Shown: positions 17,032 to 26,480, counted from the stretch's first letter. The stretch: DNA of 64,000 nucleotides from an uncultured Gemmatimonadota bacterium (GCA_964465015.1 CAYXHP010000072.1:5355-69354); one strand, 5' to 3'. Notes: generated from the sequence alone by a model not told the origin. A program made the numbers and translations.

Positions 17032-17829
17032 ATGCGCTCCGCCAGGATCGGACTCATCGGGGACCGTGACCCGGACGTGGTCGCGCACCGCGCCATCGAG
17101 CGCACTCTGGCCCTCGCCGCGGACGAGCCCACCGGATCACCCGACGCCGACGGCACGGCGAGCGCGGACCGGTCGGGCATCGCCGCATCGGCCGGGACCG
17201 CGGCCGCCACAGTCTGGGAGTGGCTCCCCACGGCGGGCCTCGCCGCCATCCGATCCGCCGACCTGGAGCCGTTCGACGGCCTGTGGGCCGTGCCCGCCAC
17301 GCCCTATGCGAGCGAGGAGGGGGCGCTGCGCGCCATCCGCTTCGCGCGGGAGACGGGCCGGCCCTTTCTCGGCACCTGCGGGGGCTTCCAGCATGCGCTG
17401 CTCGAGCTCGCCCGGCATGTCCTGGGGCTCCGGGACGCCGGCCACGCGGAGACGGACCCGACCGCACGCGACCTCGTCGTGGTACCGCTCGCCTGCTCCC
17501 TGGTGGAGACGACGGGGAGCGTGCTCCTGGCCGAGGGCTCCCGGCTCCGCTCGATCTGCGGCGCGGACCGTCTCCTCGAGGGCTACCACTGCAGCTTCGG
17601 CGTGAACCCCCTGTTCCGCGAGGCGTTCGAGGAAGCCGGCACACGTTTCGTGGCGACGGACGAGGAGGGAGACATCCGGGCCTTCGAGCTCGAGGGACAC
17701 CCCTTCTTCCTCGGAACGCTGTTCCAACCCGAGCGAGCCGCGCTGTCGGGCCGCGTCCACCCGGTGTGTGACGCGTTCCTGGAGGCCGCGCGACGGCACG
17801 CGTCGTCGCGTGGCCGGGCCGCGACTTGA
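17032..17829 (+). CDS. stand-alone class I glutamine amidotransferase, CTP-synthase C-domain-like
   Basis: It has the catalytic Cys context PFLGTCGGFQ and the His/Glu region HPFFLGTLFQPE. An alternative start is the ATG at 17002. Confidence 0.7.
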   Translation: MRSARIGLIGDRDPDVVAHRAIERTLALAADEPTGSPDADGTASADRSGIAASAGTAAATVWEWLPTAGLAAIRSADLEPFDGLWAVPATPYASEEGALRAIRFARETGRPFLGTCGGFQHALLELARHVLGLRDAGHAETDPTARDLVVVPLACSLVETTGSVLLAEGSRLRSICGADRLLEGYHCSFGVNPLFREAFEEAGTRFVATDEEGDIRAFELEGHPFFLGTLFQPERAALSGRVHPVCDAFLEAARRHASSRGRAAT

Positions 17830-18902
17830 ACGAACAGCCGGCCACGCTCCGGATCGAGATCGACCTGGCCATGGATCCGGGCGAGGCGTTCGCCCGCGTG
17901 GTCGAGGAGATCCGGTTCGGGCTCGACCGCCGGGGCCTTCGTTTCAGCGCCGGTCCGGACGGAGGACTGCTCGAGCGAGGCCGGCCCGTGGCCCGGGTCG
18001 TCGAGTGGGAGGCGGGCCGGAAAGCCGTCGTGGACTGGCATCCCGAGAGCTGGAATCCGGAGACCTCGACCCGGCTCGAGATCCGGGCCGAACCGGTGGC
18101 CCCGGGCGCCCGGGTCACGATCGAGCAACGGGGATGGGAAGTCGTGGTCGGCGGCTCGGAGGAGCTGACCGGCTGGTTCGGCGGTGAGCTCGCGGCGCGG
18201 TTCCTCTTCGCGATGGCGCCGGGCGCCGTGGGCGATTGGCTCACCGACCGCCAGGCCCGCCGGCCCACCGGTCCGCAGTCGGCCGAGGTGTACCGAGACC
18301 CCCTGTACCACTACCCGGGCTTTCACGTCCTCCTGGACGAGCTCGACCTCCGGCCCGGAGACCGGCTCCTCGAGGTAGCCTGCGGCGGCGGCGCGTTCAT
18401 GCGCATGGCCCTGGAAAGCGGCTGCCGGGCCGCGGCGATCGACTTCAGCCCGGAGATGGTCCGGGTGGCCCGGGATCTCAACCGCGAGGCGATCGCCCAC
18501 GGCCGGCTGGAGATCGCGCGGGCGGACGCCGCCGCCCTCCCGTTCGCGGACGAGACGTTCACCTGCGCGACCATGGCCGGAGCGCTGGGCTTCCTGGAGG
18601 ACCCGGTCGCCGCCCTGACCGAGATCCGGCGCGTCCTCGCCCCCGGCGGGCGGGCCGTCATCATGGGCACCGACCCCGAGCTCCGGGGGACACCGGCCGC
18701 TCCGGAGCCGATGGCCTCGAGGCTGACGTTCTACGACGAGGAGGGGCTCGAGGAGCTCGGCCGTGCCGCCGGATTCGCCGGGGTCTCCGCCGTGCGCCGG
18801 AGCCTGGACGAGCACGCCCGGACCGTCGGAATCCCCGAGGAGCACCTCGTCCTGTTCGACTCGGTCCCATCGCGCTTCCTCCTCCTGCGGAAGGACGCGT
18901 AG
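17826..18902 (+). CDS. SRPBCC (AHSA1/polyketide-cyclase-like) domain fused to a class I SAM-dependent methyltransferase
   Basis: The N-terminal ~150 aa are SRPBCC-like. The C-terminal part carries the LEVACGGG motif I and a post-I acidic residue typical of MTases. Confidence 0.75.
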   Translation: MNEQPATLRIEIDLAMDPGEAFARVVEEIRFGLDRRGLRFSAGPDGGLLERGRPVARVVEWEAGRKAVVDWHPESWNPETSTRLEIRAEPVAPGARVTIEQRGWEVVVGGSEELTGWFGGELAARFLFAMAPGAVGDWLTDRQARRPTGPQSAEVYRDPLYHYPGFHVLLDELDLRPGDRLLEVACGGGAFMRMALESGCRAAAIDFSPEMVRVARDLNREAIAHGRLEIARADAAALPFADETFTCATMAGALGFLEDPVAALTEIRRVLAPGGRAVIMGTDPELRGTPAAPEPMASRLTFYDEEGLEELGRAAGFAGVSAVRRSLDEHARTVGIPEEHLVLFDSVPSRFLLLRKDA

Positions 18903-19011
18903 ACGGGCCGGCGGCGAGGCACGGGACGCACCGCCCGGGGATTGACACACCCGCACCGCGGGTCGAGGGTGAGATGTCTCCCCTCTGCCTCCCGCTTCAG
19001 GAGGAACCCAC

Positions 19012-19262
19012 CGTGAGACGGACTCTGAGCGCCATCTCACTGACCCCGCTCCTCGCCGCGCTGGCCACGCTGGACGCAGCGCGGCAAGCACCAGAATCCT
19101 TTCCAGGGCGTGCCCGCCACCGGCAAGGACATCACCATCCACGGAATCATCATCACGCGGTTCGAGAACGGCCGTGCCGTCGAGGAATGGGAGGAGGCGG
19201 ACATGGTCGGCCTGATGCGGCAGCTGGGCGTGGCGGCTCCGCCGGGACCGGCCGACGGTTGA
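19012..19262 (+). pseudogene. remnant of a SnoaL-like ester cyclase (signal peptide in one frame, C-terminal ~57 aa in another; middle missing)
   Basis: GGAGGA-N7-GTG at 19012 gives VRRTLSAISLTPLLAALATLDAARQAPES, after which the frame degenerates to R/G/H. A second frame from ~19089 reads HQNPFQGVPATGKDITIHGIIITRFENGRAVEEWEEADMVGLMRQLG, stopping at 19260-19262. This is typical of the C-terminus of NTF2/SnoaL cyclases. Confidence 0.35.
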
Positions 19263-19412
19263 GAGTGGACCGAGCCCGGAATCCGGCCCGGTGACGCGCC
19301 GACGACTACTTTCGTCAACGAAATGGACTCCCGGGGTGTAGTCACTACGGGGAGATGCTCTCGCGACTTCGCCGTCTGGAGCGATCTCCACCCTGCAACG
19401 CGGGGAGGGAAC

Positions 19413-20183
19413 ATGAAGCAGAGCCTCGTCATTTCCGTCATGGCGCTCGCTATCGCGACGCCGCTCTCGGCCCAGAGTCGTCACCGGCCGGCGCAGCATC
19501 GGGAGAACCACCGGCGGGAAGCGCGTCGGGCGACGCCCCACCGCCAGCAAGCTCGCCCGGCGAGGCCCCACCGCCAGCAAGTCCGCCCGGCGAGGCCCCA
19601 CCGCCAGCTAGTCCGCCCGGCTCCCGACCGGCACGCGCCGCCCGTCCGGGTGACGCCTCGCGCACGCGACCGCGTGGTGCTCGGCAACCGTGGACACGGC
19701 TCGCAGGGGTCGGATCGGTCGTGGAACCGCGATCGCCAGCGCGAGCGGGACTGGAGCCGGAATCGCGACGCGGACGGCGGCCGCTACCGGGATCGCGGCG
19801 GCGAGCGGGACTGGAGCCGCGACCGCGACTGGAACCGCGAACGGGACCGGAGCTGGAGCCGCGATCGTGACCGGACTCGATGGGTGGAAGGCCGCGGCCA
19901 CGACCGCTATTACCTGGCGCGCCCGTGGGAGCACGGCCGGTTCCGATACCTCGGACCGCGCTACCGCTACTCGATCGTGCACTTCGAGCTCGGCGCCCGG
20001 CGCCTGTGGCTGCCGGGAGGCTTCCTGTTCGAGATCGCGGCCTGGGACTGGCCTTACGCGAGCCGGTGGTGCTGGACGTGCGACGAGTTCGCCGTCTACC
20101 TCGATCCGGGACACCCCGGGTGGTACTTCCTGTATGACGCCCGCCTGGGCGAGCGGGTGCACGTGCGCTTCCTCGGCGGGTGA
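19413..20183 (+). CDS. secreted low-complexity repeat protein (HRQQxRPARP decapeptide repeats, RDRDWSR repeats, Trp/Tyr-rich C-domain)
   Basis: It has the signal peptide MKQSLVISVMALAIATPLSAQ. It contains the 3x30-bp DNA repeat. The C-terminal ~90 aa (YYLARPWEHGRFRYLGPRYRYSIVHFELG...WCWTCDEFAVYLDPGHPGWYFLYD) look like a folded domain. Confidence 0.6.
   Translation: MKQSLVISVMALAIATPLSAQSRHRPAQHRENHRREARRATPHRQQARPARPHRQQVRPARPHRQLVRPAPDRHAPPVRVTPRARDRVVLGNRGHGSQGSDRSWNRDRQRERDWSRNRDADGGRYRDRGGERDWSRDRDWNRERDRSWSRDRDRTRWVEGRGHDRYYLARPWEHGRFRYLGPRYRYSIVHFELGARRLWLPGGFLFEIAAWDWPYASRWCWTCDEFAVYLDPGHPGWYFLYDARLGERVHVRFLGG
19531..19620 (+). repeat. 3 x 30-bp near-perfect tandem repeat (cgaggccccaccgccagcaagtccgcccgg) inside the repeat-protein gene
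   Basis: Three adjacent copies at 19531-19560, 19561-19590 and 19591-19620 have 1-3 mismatches each. Confidence 0.8.
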
Positions 20184-20416
20184 CGCTTCGACTGGGTGAG
20201 GCCCGCCGCGCCGAGCTGGTCGCGCGACTCCAGGGCTACTACCTGAGCGAGTTCGACGAGAAGCTGAGCGCCTTCCGGGCGGCTCAGCTCCTCGACTTCA
20301 TGCTCGGCGCGCTGGGACCACCGGTCTACAACCAGGGCGTGCAGGACGCCCGCGGCTTCATGCTCCGCAAGCTGGACGACCTGGACGGGGAGGTGTACGC
20401 GCCCGACGTCGGATGA
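20180..20416 (+). CDS. DUF2164-family small protein
   Basis: The GTG start overlaps the upstream stop (GTGA). The 78-aa protein reads RAELVARLQGYYLSEFDEKLSAFRAAQLLDFMLGALGPPVYNQG. Confidence 0.6.
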   Translation: MTLRLGEARRAELVARLQGYYLSEFDEKLSAFRAAQLLDFMLGALGPPVYNQGVQDARGFMLRKLDDLDGEVYAPDVG

Positions 20417-20554
20417 GGGCCGCGCTCCAGGTGGCGCAGAGTAGGCGCTTACGGCCCGCCAGCTCCGACCGGCGACCCGTGGTGGCCGTTGGTGCCCGCG
20501 CCGCTGGAGTTCCGGGTCGGGGACCGACTGGCCGTGCCGTTCCATCCGGACAGG

Positions 20555-22429
20555 TCAGCGCGCCGGTGGAGACGCCCCTTCCGCCACGGGCTCGAGCAGC
20601 CAGAACTGGGTAGAGTAGGACACCACGGTGAAGGCGATGGCGCGGCCGTCGGGCGAGACGGCCGGCTGCGTCTTGTCGCTGGGATCGGTGGTCACCTGCG
20701 TGACCGCACCGCCTTGGGCCGGAACCCGGAAGACCTGGAAGTGCCCGTCGTCCGCCTGCTGGATGAAGGCCACCCAGCGGAAGTCCGGCGCCGCCCCGAT
20801 GCCCGAGAACAGCTGCTCGCTCCTGAAGCGGTGGACCAGGCGTGGAGAGCCCCCGCCCCGCGCCACGACGTAGATCGCACGGCGGTTCAGCCCCTCGGCG
20901 GCGTCGAACACCAGGCTGTCGGATCCCCCGGCCCACTGCACCTGGTCCACCTGTCCGCCCAGTCCCTCGATCGTCACGCGGCGGGCCTTCCTCGTCACCT
21001 GCCCCGTGGCTGGATCGATCCCCAGCACGAAGGCGACCCCGCGCCAGCGGCCGTCCTCTCGCACCTCCGTCCCGTACGTGATCCAGCGCCCATCGGGCGA
21101 CCAGCGAGGCCAGCCCGTCTCGTGGCCCCCTCGCGTGATCGGCCAGGCCGCTTTCGACCCATCGGCCGGCTTCAGCCACACGTCGTCGAGGCCATCGGCG
21201 TGGGAGTGCAGGACGATCCACCGGCCGTCGGGCGACCAGTCCAGGCTCTGGTCTTCGGCCGGCGAGGCTCGGACCACGGCATCGGGTCGGTCGGCGGGCG
21301 CCGCACGGACTACCCGCACCGTGCCCAGGTCCTGCGCGATGTCCGGGTACCCGAAGTCGTCGACCTTCCGTCGCCAGGTGCCGAAGGTGAAGGCGACCGT
21401 CGACCCGTCGGGGCTCCAGGAGGGCGTCTCCGACTGGAACTCGGTGAGCTGACGTGGCACACCGCCGGTCGCCGACACGACCGAGAGGGTCACCCGGTAG
21501 TCCTGGACGCCGAACAGGACGCGGCCGTCGCGCGTCACCGAGGGCATGTAGCTGTCCCTCGCGAAGCGGGTGAGGACCCGTGAAGGGCCGCCGGCTGCCG
21601 GCCGAGCCCGGAGATCCAGCGTGCCCCGATCGTTGGGGGATCCGTAGTAGAGCGTGCGGCCGTCGGGGGAGAAGGCGAGCGGGCCGTAGGCGGGCTCGTC
21701 TCCCGGGCCCGGATCGGAGCCGCACGGTCGGCTGATGCGCGGCGTCCCATCCTCCACGGCAAGGCACGTCACGGCGCCGCCGCCCGGGGACCACGCCGGG
21801 TAGGAGAGCGCCGTCGGGGCCGGCCTCAGCCGGCCCGCGGAGGCGTCGGAGGCCGCGATCCACAGGGCGGAGCCGTCCTTCCAGGGCAGTGTGCCCGCCA
21901 CCTTGGATCCATCGGACGACCACGCCAGGCCCTCGGCCAGGTCCGGATCCACCCGCACGGTGTCACCCTCCGGCGTCACGGCCGGGACGGGACCGCTCCA
22001 CAGCCGGGCGCGCGCTCCGCTCGGGACGGCGAAGCTCCACCACGCCCATCGCCCCCGACCGTCCATCTCCCGCGCGACCACGCGCCGAGCATCCGGGAGC
22101 CAGGCGATGAAAGGGATGCGCCGCGCCGCCGGGCCGAGGGTCGTGACCGGACCGCTGGCCGCGCGCACCAGGAGCAGGTGGTCTCCCGACGTGTAGGCGA
22201 GCCACTCGCCGTCCGGGGAGATGGCGCCGATCGGATCCCGGTAGCCCACCGGACCCATCTGGCGCGCGACGGCGACCAGGCGCAGGCCCGCGGCCGCCGG
22301 GAGCCCGTCACCACCCTCCTGCGCCGCCGCCGAACGCGGGACGGCCGGGGCGATGGCCGCCGCCACGGTGACGATGGCCAGTGCGATGGTGCCGAGGGGG
22401 GTCGTCCAGCCACGCATGGTCGGCACCAT
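20555..22429 (-). CDS. TolB-like WD40/PD40 beta-propeller periplasmic protein
   Basis: It has a signal peptide and many PD40-type repeats (SPDG..LAYTS, SPDGRTLYY, SWSPDGSTVAF, WSPDGRWIVL, SPDGRWITYG, SPDGRAIAFT). Confidence 0.8.
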   Translation of the reverse strand: MVPTMRGWTTPLGTIALAIVTVAAAIAPAVPRSAAAQEGGDGLPAAAGLRLVAVARQMGPVGYRDPIGAISPDGEWLAYTSGDHLLLVRAASGPVTTLGPAARRIPFIAWLPDARRVVAREMDGRGRWAWWSFAVPSGARARLWSGPVPAVTPEGDTVRVDPDLAEGLAWSSDGSKVAGTLPWKDGSALWIAASDASAGRLRPAPTALSYPAWSPGGGAVTCLAVEDGTPRISRPCGSDPGPGDEPAYGPLAFSPDGRTLYYGSPNDRGTLDLRARPAAGGPSRVLTRFARDSYMPSVTRDGRVLFGVQDYRVTLSVVSATGGVPRQLTEFQSETPSWSPDGSTVAFTFGTWRRKVDDFGYPDIAQDLGTVRVVRAAPADRPDAVVRASPAEDQSLDWSPDGRWIVLHSHADGLDDVWLKPADGSKAAWPITRGGHETGWPRWSPDGRWITYGTEVREDGRWRGVAFVLGIDPATGQVTRKARRVTIEGLGGQVDQVQWAGGSDSLVFDAAEGLNRRAIYVVARGGGSPRLVHRFRSEQLFSGIGAAPDFRWVAFIQQADDGHFQVFRVPAQGGAVTQVTTDPSDKTQPAVSPDGRAIAFTVVSYSTQFWLLEPVAEGASPPAR

Positions 22430-22562
22430 AGGGGCGGCCTCCCTCCTCCGCCAGACGCCGGTCGGGCGCTACATTGGAAGAGCGACGCCGTGATCCTCGC
22501 CAGCTCCCGGCCGGAGGCGCGCGCCCGCGTCGTGGCCGTCGAGACCGGAACGGAGTCCCGCC

Positions 22563-23429
22563 ATGAGACGATTCCTGAGGCGGCACCCGATCACCTCGTT
22601 CGTGCTCCTCGCCGACGCCCTCTCGTGGGCCGCATGGCTCCCGCTCCTCGCGCGGGGGGCGGTCGTGAGACCCGGGAGCGCCGTCACGCACTTCCCCGGT
22701 CTGCTCGGTCCCGCGGCGGCCGCTTTGCTGGTGGTGGCCGCGGGGGAGGGCCGCGCGGGCCTCTCCGGCCTCGTGCGGCGCGTGACCGAGGTCACCGTGC
22801 CGCCGGCGCGCTTCCTCGCCTACGGCCTGAGTCCTCTGGCCTTCCTCGGCGCGGCGCTGGCGCTCGACGCGGTCACGGGGCGGCCGCTCCCGGCGGCACG
22901 CGATTTCGCGGTCTACTCCGGGCTCCCGGTCCTCCCGGTTCCCGTCGTTGCCCTCCTCGTCTTCGGATTCAACGGCCTGGGCGAGGAGACGGGCTGGCGG
23001 GGCTTCGCGCTCGGAGCCCTGCAGCAACGCTTCGGCGCCGTGAAGGGCACGCTCGTCCTCGCGCTCGCATGGGCCTCCTGGCACGCGCCGCTGTTCGGGA
23101 TCGTCGAGACCTATCGGGTCATGGGGCCAGCCGCGCTCCTGGGCGGCTTCGGGCTCGGGATCTGTGCGGGGGCGGTGGTGCTGGCGCGCGTCGTGAACCG
23201 GACCGGGGGAAGCGTGCTGGCCGCGGCCCTGTGGCACACCACCTACAACCTCACCTCGGCGACGGCGGCCGGCCGGGGGCTGGTGGCGGCCGTCACCACC
23301 ACGTGCGTGATGGCGTGGGCCGCCGGGCTCCTGCTACTGGAGTGGAGGAGGCCGCTGGAACGGTCCCGGCTCGCGGTGCCCTCCACCGCCGTCCACACGG
23401 GCGGATCCGCCGCTCCCGGTGGCCCATGA
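22563..23429 (+). CDS. CPBP-family (CAAX-protease-like) intramembrane metalloprotease
   Basis: Motif 1 is GLGEETGWRGF (EExxxR). Motif 2 is the WASWHAP His context. Motif 3 is HTTYN. It is polytopic. Confidence 0.8.
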   Translation: MRRFLRRHPITSFVLLADALSWAAWLPLLARGAVVRPGSAVTHFPGLLGPAAAALLVVAAGEGRAGLSGLVRRVTEVTVPPARFLAYGLSPLAFLGAALALDAVTGRPLPAARDFAVYSGLPVLPVPVVALLVFGFNGLGEETGWRGFALGALQQRFGAVKGTLVLALAWASWHAPLFGIVETYRVMGPAALLGGFGLGICAGAVVLARVVNRTGGSVLAAALWHTTYNLTSATAAGRGLVAAVTTTCVMAWAAGLLLLEWRRPLERSRLAVPSTAVHTGGSAAPGGP

Positions 23430-23587
23430 GGACCGGGAGTGCCCGATCGGAGACCCGGCCCCGGCGGTGGGCGCACGCCGGGCTCCGATGCGCTGGTGTG
23501 CGAACTTGGAGCGACGTCCGCCGCGACGTAACGTTGAGTGTCTTGCGCGACCCGATCGCAGGTGCCGCGCAGAACCCGGAGGTAGCC

Positions 23588-23899
23588 ATGCCTCGATCCC
23601 CGAAGGAGCTCCCGCGGCCACGCGCCGCTACGGCCGTGGCCGGCCTCTACCTGTTGGTGGCCCTGATCACGCTCCTCCTCCCGGTGTTCTCGGGCTCGAC
23701 GCTTGTGGGCGTGTGGCCGATCCTCCTCGCGCTCCCGTGGAGCGCGTTCTTCCCGCTGGGCCTGGTGAATCACGCGGCTCCCGGAGTAGCCGGGGCGGCC
23801 CGATTCCTCATGCTTCTGGTGGCCATGCTGGCCAATGCCGCCCTGCTCTACCTGGGCATCCGGTGGGCCGGCCGGTGGTCCGCGGCCCGACGACGCTGA
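23588..23899 (+). CDS. small hydrophobic membrane protein (hypothetical)
   Basis: 103 aa, three hydrophobic segments, ATG start. Confidence 0.45.
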   Translation: MPRSPKELPRPRAATAVAGLYLLVALITLLLPVFSGSTLVGVWPILLALPWSAFFPLGLVNHAAPGVAGAARFLMLLVAMLANAALLYLGIRWAGRWSAARRR

Positions 23900-23937
23900 C
23901 CGCCCATCTCGACCGCCGCCGGGTCCGGCCGATCACC

Positions 23938-24489
23938 GTGCTGGGCCACGTCGGCGGTGCCTGGCTCAGGAGCCAGAGGGAGCGCTATCGCCCCGAGGGA
24001 CGACCCCTGGCGGAGGACGAGGAGGCGCTCCTGGCGCCCCACTTCGGACGGTCCACGCTGAGCTCGGTCCGCATCGCGCTGGTCCCGGGCAGCGGCCGGC
24101 CACCGTTCTACCGGGAGACGACCCGCGTCGCGCTCGACCTCGCGGGCATGTCCGCGATCACGTTGGTGGACACGATCGTGGTGAATCGCCGATTCGTGGA
24201 GGAGCCGCTCCCCGGGGCGCTCCTGTTCCACGAGCTCGTGCACGTGGTCCAGTTCGAGGCGCTCGGGGCGGAGGAGTTCGCGCGCCGCTACGTCCTGGGC
24301 TGGCTCCGCGGCGGCCTGTCCTACTCGGCCATCCCGCTGGAGCGGGCGGCCTGCCGGCTCCAGGCCACCTTCCAGAACGGAACGCTCACCGGGCGCGTTG
24401 TGGGACCGATGGCCACCGACGGAACGGCTGATCTCGAGGTGCGAACCGGCCGTGCGACGGAACGCCGGGGGACGGGAGGAGCCGGATGA
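23938..24489 (+). CDS. DUF4157-like putative zinc metallopeptidase (HExxH: LLFHELVHVVQ)
   Basis: The segment LAPHFGRSTLSSVRIALVPG ... LLFHELVHVVQFEALG matches the DUF4157 signature (F.PRFG.DFS.VR.H ... AHEL.HVVQQ). The start is by eye (GTG at 23938). Confidence 0.55.
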   Translation: MLGHVGGAWLRSQRERYRPEGRPLAEDEEALLAPHFGRSTLSSVRIALVPGSGRPPFYRETTRVALDLAGMSAITLVDTIVVNRRFVEEPLPGALLFHELVHVVQFEALGAEEFARRYVLGWLRGGLSYSAIPLERAACRLQATFQNGTLTGRVVGPMATDGTADLEVRTGRATERRGTGGAG

Positions 24490-25634
24490 CCTCGCTCAGG
24501 ATGGTCGCCACGGGGTGGGTCGCGATCGTCGCCCTGGCGGCGAATCCCGGCTGTGAGCCGGGACAGGGCGGAGCGGAGGCGTCTTGGTCCGGCACGCCGG
24601 CCGTCGACTACCGGGTCGTACGAGTCGCGCCCATGACCATCGACCGGGCCGCCCACCAGGCCACGCGCCTCCCGGATGGACGCGTCCTCGTCACCGGCGG
24701 CTGCTCCGGCGAGCACTGCGGCCGCATCCTGGCCTCGACGGAGCTGTACGATCCGGCCACCCGGTCCTTCCGGCCCGCGGCGCCGATGAGCATGCCGCGC
24801 GCCAGCCACGCGGCAGCGCTCCTCGCCGACGGCCGGGTGCTGGTCGCGGGGGGCTGGGACGGGAGCGGGCCGACGGCCACGGCCGAGGTCTACGACCCCC
24901 GGGCCGACCGCTGGGCGCGCGTGGGAGACCTGACGGTGCCACGCGCGAGCGGCATCGCGGTCCCGCTCGAGGACGGGCGGGTGCTGATGGTGGGAGGCGG
25001 CCAGGGAGGGAGCGTCGACCTGGCCTCCGTGGACGCCTTCGATCCAGCGACCGGGACCTTCTCGGCGGTCGGAAGCGCGGCGACCAACCACTACCTGGCC
25101 ACGCGCCTCGCCGATGGCCGGGTGCTCCTCACGGGCGGTGACGGCGCGGACGGCTCGATCCTGGCCACCGCCGAGATCCTGGATCCGGCCACCGGCAGCT
25201 TCACGACCACCGGCTCCATGGCCACGGCCCGGGTCAAGCACGCCGCGGCGCTCCTCCCGGACGGCGAGGTGCTGGTGATCGGCGGGTCGGACCGGCGCGG
25301 CTACGCGGCGCGCTTCCCGAGCACGGAGCTCTACGACCCGGCGGCGGGTACCTTTTCGCCGGGGCCCGACCTCCGATGGGGTCGTCACAAGATCCGCGAC
25401 GCCGTGGCCGTGCTCCCCTCGGGCGATGTCGTGGTCGCGGGAGGTGCGCGACGGCCGGAGGTCTTCGACCACGCGCGCCGCGTCTTCGTACCGGTAGAGG
25501 GGGAGATCGGCGGACCGCAGATGTTCGCCACCGCCACGGCGCTCCGCTCCGGAGAGGTGCTGGGCCTGGGCGGCTACGACGACCACACGCGGCCTTCATC
25601 GGCCGCGTGGCTGATCGTGCCGGCGGCGCCCTGA
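24486..25634 (+). CDS. secreted Kelch-repeat beta-propeller protein
   Basis: It has a signal peptide. There are six repeats of the type DGRVLVxGG...TAE.YDPATG.F. Confidence 0.8.
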   Translation: MTSLRMVATGWVAIVALAANPGCEPGQGGAEASWSGTPAVDYRVVRVAPMTIDRAAHQATRLPDGRVLVTGGCSGEHCGRILASTELYDPATRSFRPAAPMSMPRASHAAALLADGRVLVAGGWDGSGPTATAEVYDPRADRWARVGDLTVPRASGIAVPLEDGRVLMVGGGQGGSVDLASVDAFDPATGTFSAVGSAATNHYLATRLADGRVLLTGGDGADGSILATAEILDPATGSFTTTGSMATARVKHAAALLPDGEVLVIGGSDRRGYAARFPSTELYDPAAGTFSPGPDLRWGRHKIRDAVAVLPSGDVVVAGGARRPEVFDHARRVFVPVEGEIGGPQMFATATALRSGEVLGLGGYDDHTRPSSAAWLIVPAAP

Positions 25635-26437
25635 CCGAGCGCTGCGCCAACTGCGGCGAGGTCCTGGTCGGCCCGTTCTGCCACGAGTGCGGACAGGAGG
25701 CGGCGTGCCGGCCGGATTCCCTGCGGGACTTCCTCCGCCACGGCGTCTCCGGCCTCCTCCACGTGGACGGGATCACCCTCCGGAGCGTTCGAGATCTGCT
25801 GCTTCAGCCGGGAAAGCTCACGGCCGACTTCCTGGCCGGGCACCGCGTGCGCTACGTGCAGCCGGTGCAGCTCTACCTGCTGGCCGCCGCCCTCTTCTTC
25901 CTGCTCAACTCCTACCATCCGTTCCTCGTGGCGGACCTGGCCCATCGTCAGGTTCGGAGCTCCCTGGGGATCATGTCCACGGGCGGGCCGATCGAGCCGG
26001 AACAGCTCCGCCAGTTGGCGGCTCGCGGCATCTCGCCCGCCCTGTTCGCCGAGCGCTTCCGCAGGGCCGCCGGGGGACTCATGCCGCTCTTCCTGCTGGC
26101 CGCCGTGGTGCTGTTCGCGCTCGCCATCGCCGCCTTCCACCCCCGCTCTCCCCGTCCGCTCCTCGGCGCGGCGATCTTCGCGCTCCACTGGACGGCCTTC
26201 TATCTCCTCCTGATGATGGTCGAGCGCACGCCGGGCGGTCCCCCCGGCTCGAGGCCCCTGGTGAGCGGCCTCCTGTCGGCCGTGGCTCTGGTACACCTCG
26301 TGGCGGCGCTCCGGCGCGTGTACCATCAGGCGTGGGCGTGGACGGTGCTCAAGGGGCTCGGCCTGTTCTTCGTCTTCAACATCTTCCTCGCGGCGTGGGC
26401 GAGCGCGGTGATCCTGTACGCCTACCATTCCATCTGA
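25607..26437 (+). CDS. DUF3667-like zinc-ribbon + polytopic membrane protein
   Basis: The N-terminal CANCGEVLVGPFCHECGQE is a Cys4 ribbon, followed by 4-5 TM helices. The start is uncertain (GTG at 25607). Confidence 0.55.
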   Translation: MADRAGGALTERCANCGEVLVGPFCHECGQEAACRPDSLRDFLRHGVSGLLHVDGITLRSVRDLLLQPGKLTADFLAGHRVRYVQPVQLYLLAAALFFLLNSYHPFLVADLAHRQVRSSLGIMSTGGPIEPEQLRQLAARGISPALFAERFRRAAGGLMPLFLLAAVVLFALAIAAFHPRSPRPLLGAAIFALHWTAFYLLLMMVERTPGGPPGSRPLVSGLLSAVALVHLVAALRRVYHQAWAWTVLKGLGLFFVFNIFLAAWASAVILYAYHSI

Positions 26438-26480
26438 GCCCAACCCCGACCGCAGCCGGAGTCGGAACCATGATAGAGTC

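Noticed and set aside
19531-19620. Tandem 30-bp repeats as a CRISPR array
   Set aside because: The repeats are directly adjacent with no spacers, only 3 copies, and lie in frame inside a coding sequence, where they encode a decapeptide repeat.
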